64,000 nucleotides of DNA. Source: Laetmonice hystrix (taxonomy: Eukaryota). Where the stretch lies: NCBI GenBank assembly GCA_965235115.1, contig OZ249445.1:7874001-7938000 (forward strand). Direction: 5' to 3'. A model generated the notes under the pieces. The model had not been told where the DNA came from. It ran no database searches and was given only the letters and a program-made list of their open reading frames with translations. Position numbers and translations under genes: made by a program. Below are positions 12,601 to 27,029 of the stretch, piece by piece (position 1 is the stretch's first letter; every line of letters starts with the position of its first letter).

Positions 12601-15600
12601 GCTTACATATAAGATTATCCCAATAAGGTCGACATTTAGCTAGATTTAAGGATAAATATCCGTTGATGTAAGTAGCCTTTGTGTAAATTTGCAGAAAATA
12701 ACAGATATGCTGTCTAAAGCTCAATGCCCAGCGTTGGAAACAAAATCTATAGTCTTACAAAGGTTCATTGATGCTCTTGTAGTCCAGGCTTGGTTAGTAA
12801 TGTTATTATGTTCATGGGTAATACCATAGACGTAGATAGAGAGTGTACGTTTATGGTAGAATAGTCCATTGAAGGCCACACAACGACACAAGAACCCCCT
12901 CACACCAGGTTCGTCAGAGTCCGCTACATTGGACTCCCAGACCGACATCCAGCTGGTCGAACGCCAGCTTCGTTGCCGTGGTAACAATCCGAACGGTCAC
13001 TGGTACAGAGATGGTCGTACCGAAATAAACGGCAGACGTACAGAAGGGTATGGCTTGTATATGCTCTACATACGGACAAATCTACGCAAGGAGAAAATTA
13101 CGTTTTATCTCTCAAAGTTTTAGACTGTTTGGTATGAATCTAAAAACAATCAATTACCAGTTATGCATGATAAAAATTCGTTCCAAAAATTACATTGTTA
13201 AACATGCAATACTGGCATACAAACATTATTGCTTTACACTGATACTGCATCAGATTATCTGGCGCGAGTGATATAAAATTGGTACAGTCTACCATCTGAC
13301 GCCACCCATAAACCACATATAAACTAAATCTGGCGCAAAACTAATCGCATGTACTGTGCTATCTGACTGCTGTCATCGAAAATACTAATGTATTATGAAC
13401 ATGTTCCTTACAGTAAATACCAAACGGTGTAGAGACTGGCAAAGAGCCTTTTTTTCTACCGGATAGTAGGACTGGCATATAATGATGTAACAATTATTAG
13501 AAGAAGTTCATGGCATCAATGGGATGTACGGAATTCTGGTTTTTGCGTTACTAATTTTCTCATGGTTGCACTAACTATATCGGTGAAAGAGGATAAAGAG
13601 GCCATATGAACAGCATTCGACCATGTTCACTTGCCGCAGTTACCGAGATGACTGTACATTCACCTGACTTTCTTCACGGTTTGATTTTTTACTTCAGTAA
13701 ACATCTGATTATCTAATTTTCTTTTCAAATGGCTACAGCTATTTCAATGAAGAAAGTCTTTCTAATTGCCTATTGTCTGGACCCTAACATTGTACATAAT
13801 GATGGCGGAGGAGGAACGTTGTTAGGGACGTCAGACATGGCAAGCATCTCCTGGTTCCTGGTATCCGACAAGTAACATTGTCCTTCGGCTCCGTCTTCTA
13901 AATGAAAGCTGGCCAATAATTCCCTCCTATATCAGCTACTGCAAATGCTACTGTCGATAAGGGAATTCATGGCGGTGCTTCCATTTGAACGAAAATTATC
14001 GATGATTTATTGATAAGTCCTATTAGAGAGATGCGGTAGAATCATACCGGCTCTCCTACAGCGTCCAAAACGAGGCTGGCACCGCGCTAACGTTGCCGTC
14101 ATTAACGTGTCATTGTCTGCGCCCGGATGGACGGCTGGCTTTTTGATACAGCAACTTTGTTTTAGAGTTACACTATATGTTAGCAAGTTGCGCACCATAT
14201 TTCATCTTTAAAAAATTGCATAACTGTCCTATACTGCATAGTATATATGAATAAAACTACGGGGGCAGTGAACACCCTAGCCCATCTGAAAAACAACACC
14301 TAGCAATTATAGAAAAAAATCCAAAATAAAATTAACGTTTAAGAATTTTGCTATGTGTATTGATATGTATTGCAATTTTATAGACAGAGATTCAACACTG
14401 CTTGATGCTGTTAGGATTTGACGCCACATGAGAATTATCCGTAAGGCACGAATGAGTGATGTAAAAAGCATCACTTCAAGAGCGTAATAGTCTAGCGTTT
14501 TCGGGGAAATGGGATAGCCTCATTCTAACTGCCAAGTCCGGGTGCCGTTTCCATTCTCAAAGGCCTAAGAGGGAGTATTAGGTCAAAAACGGAACGCAGC
14601 TTAATCAATGGCCTTTGCGAGGCGGGAGGAGACATTAGGAGCTGCAAGGATGGCGTGGCAAGCTACTCGTGACACTGGAAGCAACTTTTTTCTAGGACTG
14701 CTATAGCTGTATATTATCGATCGCCTGATCCTATTCTAAGACGATGCTTTCTTCTCAGTAAAATAAAGTTGACAAGAAGGAGGGCAATGGAAATGTGCAT
14801 GGCTTGGGGTTGTCAACAAGACAATCCTTTCTGCATGCCACGCAGTACTTGTAATACTACATAATGCAACTCGAAATGTATACAGATTCCGTACCGGCTT
14901 GCCCGTGAATTGGCCCAAAATTGACAGCGTAATGTGCATCACTAAAGTTTGGTCTTCAAAATGGTTTCGGTCCTGCAGTTTACAGGGCGTGACATCCCCA
15001 GAAAAAGCTTTTACCGAATGTCTCTTAGCTTTGTCGTATGGCAAGCGTTGTATGGAGAACCGTTAACAAGTTGAACAATTCCTGGAGAACGGATGAGTCT
15101 GGATAGATAGGGCTATGTTGTAATGAGACTAAAGCGAGTCCACCCCGCCACAGGAAGGGATATGTGCTCATCATATTGCTGCGTTGAAATGCATTGTTAA
15201 TGGAAGCTTCCATATCGCGTATGCAACTGGGAATAGAGTACTGTGATTGATAGCATGCTCCGATGTTTCGTTTTTTTTAAACGGCATGATCAATTTTCCT
15301 GAAGTTCATTACGCCCTACGTTGATTGCCTGATTCCGTTTTAAGAGAATGCCTTATCCTCATCTGAAACCGCATTAGTATTAATAATCGGACCCCATGGG
15401 GATGCCTACAATCGTAACTTGTACGGTCATAGCAGCAGGTCTGTCCGTTAGTGTCGGACCAAATCTGGCGCCCGCCTGCTCGTTCTACGATCGTGCCCCT
15501 GTTGATAACACCCCCTATTGTCCATTAGGACCGTCCGCGGTCAGACGGTGGCGACCGACGCTAAATATGTAACAATGTCTTCAGCGTAAAATAGCATGTT

Positions 15601-18600
15601 CCGGGAAGAGTGCGGAGAAGTAGGCGACCGCTGCTGGCAATCTACTATTAATTAAATTAATCTAAACATAGAAATATGGTTTTAGCAAAAAGTTCAATTA
15701 ATCAAGCCTGTATGATATTATTTTCAATTGAAACGTGTGATAGGAAGTAATAAAATGTCCATTACTAAAATTGAACAAATGAAAGAGAAGAAATTGTGGG
15801 TAGTCCATTTAAAGGGGTTAAGATGTTAAAAAATAAACCAAAAATATAAATAAAGAGATAAATAGGATCAACAGTTAATCTTCAATTTTAAAAAATATTC
15901 ACACATGACATACAGAATCAACGTTTACAAAAGCTCTCTTTACTCAAATTTTGCGTGAAGAGTTGTCAATTCCAAATAACATGTTCTTACTTTTTAAAAA
16001 TAAAGATAAATATTATTGCCTTCGTCCTGATAAGATCGACATGAAGCCCAGTTTATATGTGAACATAGCCGTCACCTAATTGATTAATAACTGGGACGAT
16101 GACCCGCTTGCGTGCTACACGCTCTATTATTTGTTAAAGATATGAGATGATCCAAGGCTATCTAGAGCTATGGGACTAACTACATCTGGCCGTCGTCGGT
16201 CCTCTGTCAGTATGACGACACCGGCGGAGGTATTTGAATGAGGACACCGGACCTGTCGACTGTTAAGCAGAGAGCCGCGGGCCCCACCGTATCGTAGGAA
16301 CCGCTGCTTGTTGGAACGCGGTTTCCTGAGACGCTACAGTTATTGTCTGTTTCCGAGGATGGACGGCAATGGATGGCAATCGTCGGCCCTGAGAAGTGGG
16401 CCAAACTGTACGCCTGGAATGACGGATACCTAGCTAGGGGTCTCGACCAATAGGTTCTCCGCGTCTGCTGACGTCCCACATTAATGTCACAATAGAATCA
16501 ATACTATTCATATTATTTGTCCACAGGCATCCCACAAGTAGGAGAAATCACAAGTGGCATTACATTACAATATCTGTTGCAATTCAATGTGCAATTTGAA
16601 AATGCCTTTGGAGCACGCTGGAATACCATTAAAACGGTACATGCCCTCTAAGAAGGCACTTCCTTTATTTCCTCAATGATACCGGCCAATTAATCCACAT
16701 AATTGGGACCGAGGCCTCTATCATCACGTAGGCCTATTCTATATCCATATCAATGTCATTGTATGGAACTAGTACACTTGAATACTCGAGCTTGCAATCT
16801 TCATGTAATTCTGTATTTAAAGGGACCAACACTACTGCATGTCATCAGTTTGGTCCATCTAAACAAACCTCGTTTACACACTTGCCAAACGAGAAGACAT
16901 CGACTTTTTCGTACAGAAAGGCCACGCAGTCGCCCGTTAGGAAAATCCTGGATCGGGCCTTTGTACTGAATACGGCCGAGCAAGCATGCATGCTTAAAAA
17001 AATTCAATTTCCCCATATTTGAAAGGTCTGGTATCAGGTCTGTGAAATGGCAAAGGCCACCCACTAGAAAAAAGAGTTACTGATGAGTTGGTCTACTTCG
17101 ACCTAAAACTGCGCTTGGGATAATATTTTATCTTTCAGCTTAATCGTTTACAGCTTCATATTCTTCCCCAGAGTAATGCTTAACGCAACGTCATAAGTAT
17201 AAAAAATGGTATACAGAACCATCTGCTTGACAAATAAAGCAAAAGGGATCTCGAAACACGATAACACGCCCTTTTCTACACGGTTCTATGACCAAGAGGG
17301 AATATCTAGGAAGGGTATCAGTTTGTATACTGGTATCAGTTTAGTAGTGAGGATCGAGGCGATGGTCACCTGAATATAGATCGCCGCCAGCCAGCCCATG
17401 TGAGTTGTTAGAGGGTGAGCGGCTCGCACCAACACGCCAGGCTCTCCCGGGACGGTGGGTCCTCTTCCTACCCTCAGTTCGGGCCCACTCGAGTTGAGAA
17501 AAAGAGAACACTAACAAGCGTTTCATACCGCTGAGACGGGCAATAACCTTTCGCTTGTAAATAATTAATCCTCAATACCTTACGAAGGAAGGCAACCTAC
17601 ACAATATTCCGAGTTGCACACATGCCTCTTATGGACCGAGTCCGCCAGAAATCTTGAGACTACTAGGGCGGATTCAAAGTAGGAAAATGTAACAAATATA
17701 ATCAAATTCAGCATGGTGGTGACCTACTATATTTATAGTTTGCAGCGAGATAAAATACTGAATTTGTGCAGTTTGCTTCTCGGTACTTTTTCCGGTACAT
17801 CAATGGATTACTGGATGGAAATCATGTGTTTTTCTTATACATTTAAATGTAATGGAATGTAATGATTGTAACCACTGAGAACACTGAGCAACCGAGGGCC
17901 GAGGGGAATGTGAACATGGTGTAGAAATGAGAAACAAAGACTATGCAAGCAAATATTTATGGTGATGAAGAAACATCAGATAGGCTGCATTGTGGCGGGA
18001 GGGGTTGAGGGGGAGATGGAGGGGGGGGGGGGGTATGGATCGGGACAACGGCCAGCCACAGGCGGCAGCTGGTTGGGGCTCAGTCTTTAAGTGAGTTATG
18101 AGGGCCTAGGGAAGCCACTCATACAAGTATGCAACACGAGGTGCTAGTGTTCAAGCATCATTCTCGTCTAGAGATGCAGCATTACACGGCGCACAACATA
18201 CCGTCAACACTAACATAAGTGACGGTCATATTCCCCTCGTCAAACAAAACGAGAAATATACTTCTTTTAAAGCCTTTCCGTTAAGCTTTAAATGGAGTAA
18301 TGTTGTTGTAGGCAAATCTATATCGACCTCTCGGGAAGAATAACGTGAGTAATTGAATCATATGCAGGACCGTAATGCCTTCGCCGAACAGGGCTGTTTA
18401 TGTGCCCACTTAAGCGTGTCTTTCAGCGTTTACAATGGCCGCGTAGCCGTCGTTTCGGCCGCTAACTGCTGTCTACAACAATTCAATCAGCATCCTAACA
18501 TTCGTCAGACATCGTCTACACACAGTAGATGCTGGTCGGCCCCGACAACCCGTCACAGCGCCTTCCCAGTTTTACAATCGAACTCAGTTGGTCACCCTTA

Positions 18601-19529
18601 CCGTAATGTTGTTAGCAGGCTGGGAAGGAGTATGATCCCCGACTTATCCTTCAGGGACGTGACATAGCGCAAGGACACAATGGTCGTGGGGGCAGTGACA
18701 AGTTTCGCTATCTGCTGGTCGATATGAATGGTCGTGAAGGCACATCGGATTCAAGATAGAAAGTGACATGGAGTTTTTTTTATGACTTCACAATCTATCT
18801 GCTACAAAATGCAAAAAGATGATACTGGATAAACTATTGGAAGTTTATGTAAGCGGTTTATTTCAGTTATCACCTTTTATTCAGAAAAATAAACCTGATT
18901 GAAAAGAGTACCATTCACCGTGCTAATAACCTGTGTGAAGGTGAACGTATGCAGTTTTTATGGCTGGTTTCATTGGTCGATGCTCGAGTCAATCCATCAT
19001 GCCTTTCGACATATGGACTTGTCAAGCGGGGCGGAGTAAAGGGTGCCAAAACACTTGCGGCCCATTTTGTACATTGCTCTAAACAAGAAAAGAAGACGGA
19101 TGGAAGGCCATGACCGCTCTTGCCATACAACTCGCTTACTGGTCGAAATGAGTGTTGGGCAGTAATGGGCCGCAGCCTACACCTTTACAGTGATCTATGG
19201 AAGAGGTTAAGCCTTCTTACGGAAACGAAAAGCGTAATGCACTTTTCTCCGAAATGAGCTAAATGGCAAGCGTACACCACGTTGAGGAAAGCTGGACGTT
19301 TCGTCGTCAGTAAATGTATTGCCGGTAACGAGATCCACGTACCGTTTGGTAGAGCAGGAAAATGTTAACTGGACTGACCTCGGCTGTGGAGTGGGACTTG
19401 AGGAGCCAGACTAATCGAATCAGATATGCATGCAGGTGTAATCTATTATATGATACACATATAATACTATAATATAATAGTTATCACTTTAGATGTGCAT
19501 TAGTTAATTATCTGCACCCCTCTAAAAAT

Positions 19530-19721
19530 TTAAAGCAAACCACGACTATCTCTTATTTCAATGACTCCAAAATGAAGACATTGGCTGTTAGGTTAGATAA
19601 GGCCTGAGACTACATAGGCTTAAAGCCATAAATATATACCCACAGAAATGGAGAAATTTAATGAAACTCAACATTCCAGTTGCCTGATGTCGCTATGGTT
19701 GTTGACAAAATAGTTGACCTG
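19530..19721 (+). repeat. Interspersed repeat, copy 1 (probable DNA-transposon end)
   Basis: Colinear with 27030-27236; shared blocks include CTCCAAAATG, CTGTTAGGTTAGATAAGGCC, CCCACAGAAAT, CAACATTCCAGTTGCCT and AAATAGTTGACCTG. Homology begins at TTAAAGCAA. Confidence 0.85.
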
Positions 19722-22700
19722 TCATTGCCTTGAACAGCTAATAGCGATGACCCACCAAGGAACCCCATCACCTGATCGACGATGTAGGGGTCAGTGATAA
19801 TTTCAGACTGGCAGAAAATGGCGATATAAACAAGTCTGAATTGAGGAGACTTGAACGGTGATGCAGGCATAATATGGCAATTTTTGACTTGGAAAATTGT
19901 TGGTATGCGGTGATTCCTGGGGTGCTGATGCCTCTTTCCAAATTAAGGGTCATTTTGTTACTTTGAGAAAGTCTTGGGTTGTTTTACGTATTCACAGAAG
20001 ACTAAAGGTATACGATGTTCTTCAATCAACCAAGATTGAATTCTGCCATTTGTATAATTATATATGTCCTTAAATATACTTCAAAGGGAGTAATCCGTGA
20101 TTAATGTTACCGGTGACTGAAAAGAACTGACTCGAGCGAATAATGTAAACTCTGTACAAAGAACAATGGCCAAAGTTAACTTTGAATCACGTCAGCACAT
20201 TCCTTCAACCACTCTAGAGACAGTAAATGACAGGTGTGTGTATTTGCCAATGCTAAGATACTCGAACATAACAGGCAAATCTGACGCAAATGTCTGCTAA
20301 TAACAGTAATGGTGCGTTTATCATGAACATCTGACGTTGTCTCAGTTTTAGTTTTGAATAATCTTTTCAGCTGACTATAAATTTATATAAACGTATTTAT
20401 TTTGCTAGAAGATTCGCCTTTGTTTGGTATTGATTAAGTAAGTGCTAACCCATTCAAAGATTTACTGCTCATATCGATGCCCGAGAGTAAGTCTTATTGT
20501 CTGAGTCACCATTTCCATGTTTATATTCGCCATACTTACTGTATGCCATACTTACATGTATAACAAAGGACAGCTCCCTCTAATTCGGCAAAAACGAGGA
20601 AAATCAAATGAGCGCAGGTCGAAGAAAAAAAAATATAACTTTGGAAATGTAAACATTCACCTATTTGGACAGAACCTGGAGGAGTAAGTATTTATTTTTG
20701 ACCGGTTTTCTAGGTTTGAGGCTACCATCAGCTACTGTCGTGGGGGTTCGTTATGACCACTTGACCTACAGGTGGCGCCAGTCTAAATGTGATATCTGTA
20801 GAGCTAAAGCATAGACGAAAAATGAAGACTAGGAATTAGCTCCCCGAATCCAAGGTAACGTCATCCCTTGTGGTTTCGGGAGTTGTGTCTGTTTGAAGCC
20901 TATAGAGATACCAGCAGCGATGCCGCCCTCTCTCGATATGGATACCCCGTAATATCAACGTATTCATTGCATAATGGATACGATTTAAATCTTAGTTGTT
21001 TCTTTTTGGGTTGGCTGAGGGATATAATTCATCTGTCTCCTAACAGGCAAAGAGCTTACACCTTTACATCGGTGTGTGTGTGAGGGGGGGGGCAGGGCTG
21101 GGAAAGAGGACAACATAAACACAATCATTAAACATGTTGAAAGACTAGTAAAAATGATAACCAATCAAGAATTGCCAGCCATAACTTCGTACATCAGAAG
21201 TAAACGAACACTTCTCCCACAAAGACTGGGACAATATTTACAATATTTTAAAAATTGAATTTTAGAACCACCATATCATCTTTTATTCCAAAGGAGACAC
21301 CAAAGTTATGCAATTAACCGGGCGGTTAAAAACTTATTCTCGCACTACTACACCATCTCGGCTTCTAATCTACGTCTCGCAAAAGGAGGGGAAAGCACCA
21401 TATGGCGGCGAAAGACGGTACTAATTGATCGGCACTCGTAATGTTCTAACGCTCACTTGCTAAAGAATGTTAGTCAACGCCGCCACAATCAGCGTCCGTT
21501 TCTTTCGTCAGTTATTATCCTTTCATATGGCCCCAGGACACAAGCGTCGTAAGTATAAAAAAATAGGCGGTATAATTATTATCAGCACAACATCATCAAA
21601 TTACAGTGTGTAAGTCATGAAAATATTCAAAGCAAATATATTTATATGTTATACAACGTATAAATGGAATAACAGAGGAATTAATTTTGGAAAGAAATAA
21701 TATAAACACTTTAAATAACCTCGTCGGTATAGTTAATAACGGCAATGCGTCAAGAGAACTAGGATCTATGTATCTACGAACAAAATGAATACTACCCTGC
21801 ATAAAGCTCACACTACAAGTTATATTTACAAAACATGCCATAAGTTTCAAATCAACATGATAAAACAAAGTACTTTTGGCATAATACGTATCTGACTGCC
21901 AGCCTCTGAAATTTCTGACGAGAACTGAGCTTTCATATCAACTTCATCATCAATTATTTAAGAAAAATAACAACCAGGTTTCAAAACTCAATGTTTTGTC
22001 CAATCCTCCATTGCGACACTTTGCCAAGAGACTCCGCCGGTTGATTGGAGTCGATGGTTTTTCTAACCAACAATTACTGAAGACCATTCGACACCGACCA
22101 GGAGCGTCCCCTTTCGACCAATCGATCATTATACGTGGCTAAATTTACACACCGCATCACACATTGCTGCCGTAGGTCAATGACAACAAGCCACACAAGA
22201 AGAAACCTTTATTGTCGTCCAAGTTATGTCGTTAGTCGATAACGTATGGACGTTCTGTTGCGTCCTCTTTGGCACAGAACTTTGGGTTTTTTTCGTCAAC
22301 CAAATGGAACTATGGTATCATGGGCAAATTACTACAAAGGATAGAAAGCCGGTTCCTACGACACCCCTAAAAGACTTTACCTTGGCATTACCGGTGATCG
22401 ATAGCCAGAAAGGTAGAGGTGAGGCCGGGAAAGGCGCCCTTATTGACAAAGTTTCACCGATGGGTCGATAGTCGACTTTTAGTTCCAACTAAAAAAAGTG
22501 ACGCACCCGCTCCTGCTGTAATGTCCGTGGAATTGAAATCAACTTGAAAGCTAAGAATCCATGGAGATGGCTGTCAGGTGCGTTTCATTTATTCCGTAGG
22601 CGGAATCATTTAGTTGGAGCTATACGACAGGGGTTGCACTGAGGAAACACTCGGGCCCCATCTTCCATTTTGATGGAAGGAGGTGTGGTAAGAGATGTCT

Positions 22701-25033
22701 ACGAATTTCTTGGTTGTGGATCTCTGTGTATACAACAAGGTCATCGTAAGGTCAGTGGAGAGGTGGTCTATCCCTGGGGAGGATCGAGTTCCGCCGCTTT
22801 CACAGCCTATCTCACCTTGTTTACATCCGTTTATTATCCTCCTCCACATGGATCTATGTTGTACCATCTACATCTCTCTACCACTCAGAGCCAGGGGGAC
22901 GATGCTCCGCAGTCAGTTACCAACCGACATCTCTAAGTCTGACCAGAAGATCCTTCCTTCGATTCATCTGGAGGTAATCTTGTTTCAGCACTATAAATGG
23001 CGCTTAAACTAAACTCCGAATGGAATCAAGACGGTTTAACAAGAGAGATTGAGCAATCGATGTTCCAAGTCATGGCAGATTTGCTAGATACCCAACGGTA
23101 GATTATTTCCAACTGTAAATTTCGATGCATTCAAGTGTTGTAAGCCACAGTTATTTATGTATGAGAAGTGAAGTACTATATTTAAGAATTATGTAAAAAA
23201 AGATACTCTCATATGAAAAAAAAGATACTCTCGTGCATTCAAGGGATGTTAAGCGCTCAACTTGTGAGCCTCATAGTATCTCACCTGCAATGAATGGCGA
23301 TGAACGCCTTCTACCCAAATATTCAGATTGGAACTTTAGATTTCAACAACAGCCATGTCACTCGTATAGACCTATTCCCTGGAGGGCGAAGTGCTATTGT
23401 GTTTCTGACTACGTGCCGGATGTAAACTGCTACAAGATCGACCCAAAGTGCGAGGCCTCCCTAACAGGCATTAGACAGTGGTTCCATTGAAATTAAATTT
23501 GCAGCAAGTTCGGTTCCTACAATAGGACCCCTAACCAATCGAACCATGATAATTGGGACGGGAGTCCAATATCCTATCAGCCAAATGTATCGAAGGCACC
23601 AACTGCTTACAAAGAATCTATTAGGACGACGGAATTGGAACCTTAGTTCTGGAATCCATGCCCGCGAAGACACAGTAGAACTGCAGAATCTTAGAGCATA
23701 CAGCAACCAGTGGAATTGGCACGGGGGGCGACAGCAACACCTTTCCACTAACAAGCAAGTCGTGTCTTGACTTACATCTAGGAACCCAGTGACAAGGCCC
23801 GAAGATGTTGGCTTATGCAAGGCACGTGGTTCAACCAATCAAATGAGAAGGTACAATCAGGCAAGAGAGGTGTTTACTAGAGTCGACTCCATCACCTCTT
23901 CGCCTCTCCCAGTCCAACTTCAGTCTACGGCAAGGCCACAGGTGCTCACTTTCCTTTAAATGTCTGCTTTGAATAAATAGTTTTCTCTTGAGTAAAGAAC
24001 GCCCAAGTGGGAGACTTGTTGTCCAATCAGCTCACACGACATCTGAGATTCCGTAGTTAAATTGGACTGCGGATAGATACCTATGATAAAGTGCCATGGC
24101 TACGAGCCCCATCCATTCGGCCAGCGTGGACGGGACAGCCTACGAAATGGCGATCTTGATTAATGAGTGACGATTGAGAAAAATGTTGAGACAACCCGCA
24201 GTGGTGCTGCGTTCCGGGTACCATACCTGCAGAAATAGTAATTTATCACCGAAGACACGACAATCAAGGTATCTATTTGTCCGCATTGCATGCGCGGAAG
24301 TCATTTCTTTGACATGCACAATTTCTTCGTTTTTAGTTTATGCATGAAATGCCCGTGGGGGGTGGGGGGTGCAATATATGAGACCCACTCTGTAAACTTC
24401 GTGTAAATTTAGATATCAGGAAAACAAAATTTTCATTCGTAAGCTAACAATAAAAAATATAACCATTGTGACATGAAAATGTAAACGGCACATGACTCAT
24501 TTTCATGTATCCTTTTTGAGAGTTATTGTCGCATGTTTCTGTTTGCTCGAGTTACATTAAAAACGTTCCAGCGTTTCAGCGAGAATACCTAGACCAGGTA
24601 AAAGTCGTATCAACAGTACATTTGGCTTCAGTTTTCAGAATGTGATAGTATTAATTCGCTGTATAGACGTCTTGAATGGACGCTTTCCCGATTGAAATGT
24701 TGACTGCACGTGAATCTGATCGGCTTCTTCTTTGAATTGCATGGTATTGTCTGCGTTATTTCATCGGAAGTATACACCGATAAATATAGTCTTCATTTTT
24801 TTTCTTTCTGTCTTCCTGCTTTTCTGAAGGGAACACGATGTTGTCTGTACAAGTAGCTAACAATGTTATTGAAACGATTAAGACACAAGGTGTTATACAG
24901 TTTGCAGATATAAGGCTTCGGATATGATCAAGAAGGTATTTAATTTTTTTTACTCCACCGAATGTGACATCTATCATTTCTTTAGTACCGGAGGGCTGGC
25001 TTATTTTAAAATGACGTACAACAATTCATGTGA

Positions 25034-25265
25034 ATAGGGTCAGTTCTCACGAGTCGTCGTCAGAACGTCTTTGTTTTAATTATGTTTATTGCCTTCGCCT
25101 CAGTGCGAGCTTTCATGGGAACCCTAGGTTTATGTGTCCATCTTCAATATATTGGCTTCTAGAGCCCAAAAACTAGCAATTTTTGTCATTTTTAGCAGCA
25201 TAACTTGAATTTGTCCCTTTGCTTCTTTGAGAAATAAAAATGATTAGTGAGAACTGACCATCTAT
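25034..25265. mobile_element. MITE-like element, about 230 bp
   Basis: Perfect 13-bp inverted repeat, GGTCAGTTCTCAC (25038-25050) / GTGAGAACTGACC (25247-25259), extendable to ATAG/CTAT with a 2-nt indel. No clear target duplication. Confidence 0.6.
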
Positions 25266-25382
25266 AGATCAACATCAGATGTGTATCTGCAGTATAGATC
25301 AACATCAGATGTGTATCTGCAGTATAGATCAACATCAGATGTGTATCTGCAGTATAGATCAACATCAGATGTGTATCTGCCG
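25263..25382. repeat. 30-bp minisatellite (TATAGATCAACATCAGATGTGTATCTGCAG), 4 copies
   Basis: Four essentially identical units, each with the small inverted repeat CAGAT-gtgt-ATCTG. Confidence 0.97.
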
Positions 25383-27029
25383 TATGAGTGCAAAGCTCCA
25401 ATCATTGAGCTTTGGTTTTACTTCACATCACGTCTGAGCCTGATTAGAGAACAAGAAAACCATCAAAATTAAGATTCTGAGGACATTTAAAGCAATCAAT
25501 CGTAATTACTATTAAGTGTACAGAGAATATATTATCAAACAGGTTACGAATAAACTCGTCATCACAGAATATTTCCAGATGGAACACAATACAACTTACT
25601 CCTAATATAATCACCTCGTACCCTCATACCCTCCTACAGGGTATAGAAGAATTAAATCTCCTTCATATTTCAGGTGTCATCATTCCTTAGGACTACATTT
25701 TGCCCTGACCTTTCATACATCATAAAGGGATCAATCGCTGACGCCCTCTAAGAGATCAAAAACCTCGCACCGTCTGTGGCGAGACTCGTCAATTGACTGG
25801 GTCGTGGGGCTACAGATGTAAATGAAAGGGTGCCCCACATGTGCTAACCAATTATTGTCATCACACCATGCGTCCGGCTGACGGACAGACAGATGGACAC
25901 AAGGATGGACACATAGACCGGAGATAAGACCATTCGGTGGGATGGGGAGAAGACGCGGAGAGGACACAAGAAGACGAGTGCGCACTGTGAACTTATGATT
26001 GATTCCCTGGTGTCAAGGGATCAAAGAGAGGCGTAACTGATGGCACAAGACAGCACATCCATCTTGTAACTTCGCTTGTCACAGACTGGGTTAGTTAGAC
26101 GTTTCTGGTGCCACTGTTTTTCTGATCGATTATTGGACGGGCTCTATATGAAGGGTGGCTGTGGGCACTTACAAGATACGCTGTGTATGGAGCACGTTAA
26201 GGTGGCCGCCTCACCTTCACAACTCGTGCACTCACCACTGGGTCTATACGGCACGCTGACTGTATTTGTAATGTCCTTGAGCACTTGTCGTCCATCAAGG
26301 GTACCCCAGGGACATCAGAATGCCACTCACAGCTACAAAGGTCGCGCACGTTAAGAAAATGAATGAAAAAATAATAAGGCACAGAACGAGAGTAAAAGAA
26401 AGAGAAAGAAAAATAAATAGAAGAAAAAACATAAATAAAAAGATTACAAGGCGACGCCCTGTAAAACCCACAACTCAAAGTACATGCTTGAAGCTTGCCT
26501 TCACAAGTGATGAGCAGCTTGCAATTAATCATATATGTTGTCGGAGTCAGAGCAAGTTTAAGGACGGAGAGAAAGTACAAAGCTGCCTTGATTCCGTGTC
26601 TCTCGATAAAAATGAAACTCTAAATATGTACGTGATGACACACCAGCATCAAGAGTGAACCTCCTTGTCTTCGGTATCACAGGTTCTACTTTATTCTTCT
26701 GAATCGAGATTTCTGAGTACATGTTCCATTATGTGTAGGTTTGTCATAGGTGTCCATTCTCTATAATATTACATATTCTTTTGCAATGGCAACATTCCAC
26801 CAGTTCTTACCGAGTGTGAGAGAGCCTTGCGTGTTTGTATCCGCGATAAAAAGACAACTTATAGATCAGTGGGAAAATCTGATCTCGAGTCCAAGTAAAA
26901 GATCGGAATGTATGTATCACGTGTATGTATCTGTATGTTAAACATAAAGACGCCTTGACGAAAAATAAAGAATCTGATGACAGAAGATTAGACATTGCAA
27001 TCCCAAAGAACACACGTCTACTTTCAAAC

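Noticed and set aside
12869-13050. LINE (RTE-like) C-terminal remnant, ERQLRC.G...GRR..G
   Set aside because: Spacing is shorter than the QLRWxGHVxRM...LYGEL...GKR consensus and the key residues are missing.
23280-23640. RT-like words (NAFYPNIQ, Penelope-like; RIY*DDG, DIRS-like)
   Set aside because: Isolated motifs pointing to different families, with no colinear domain support.
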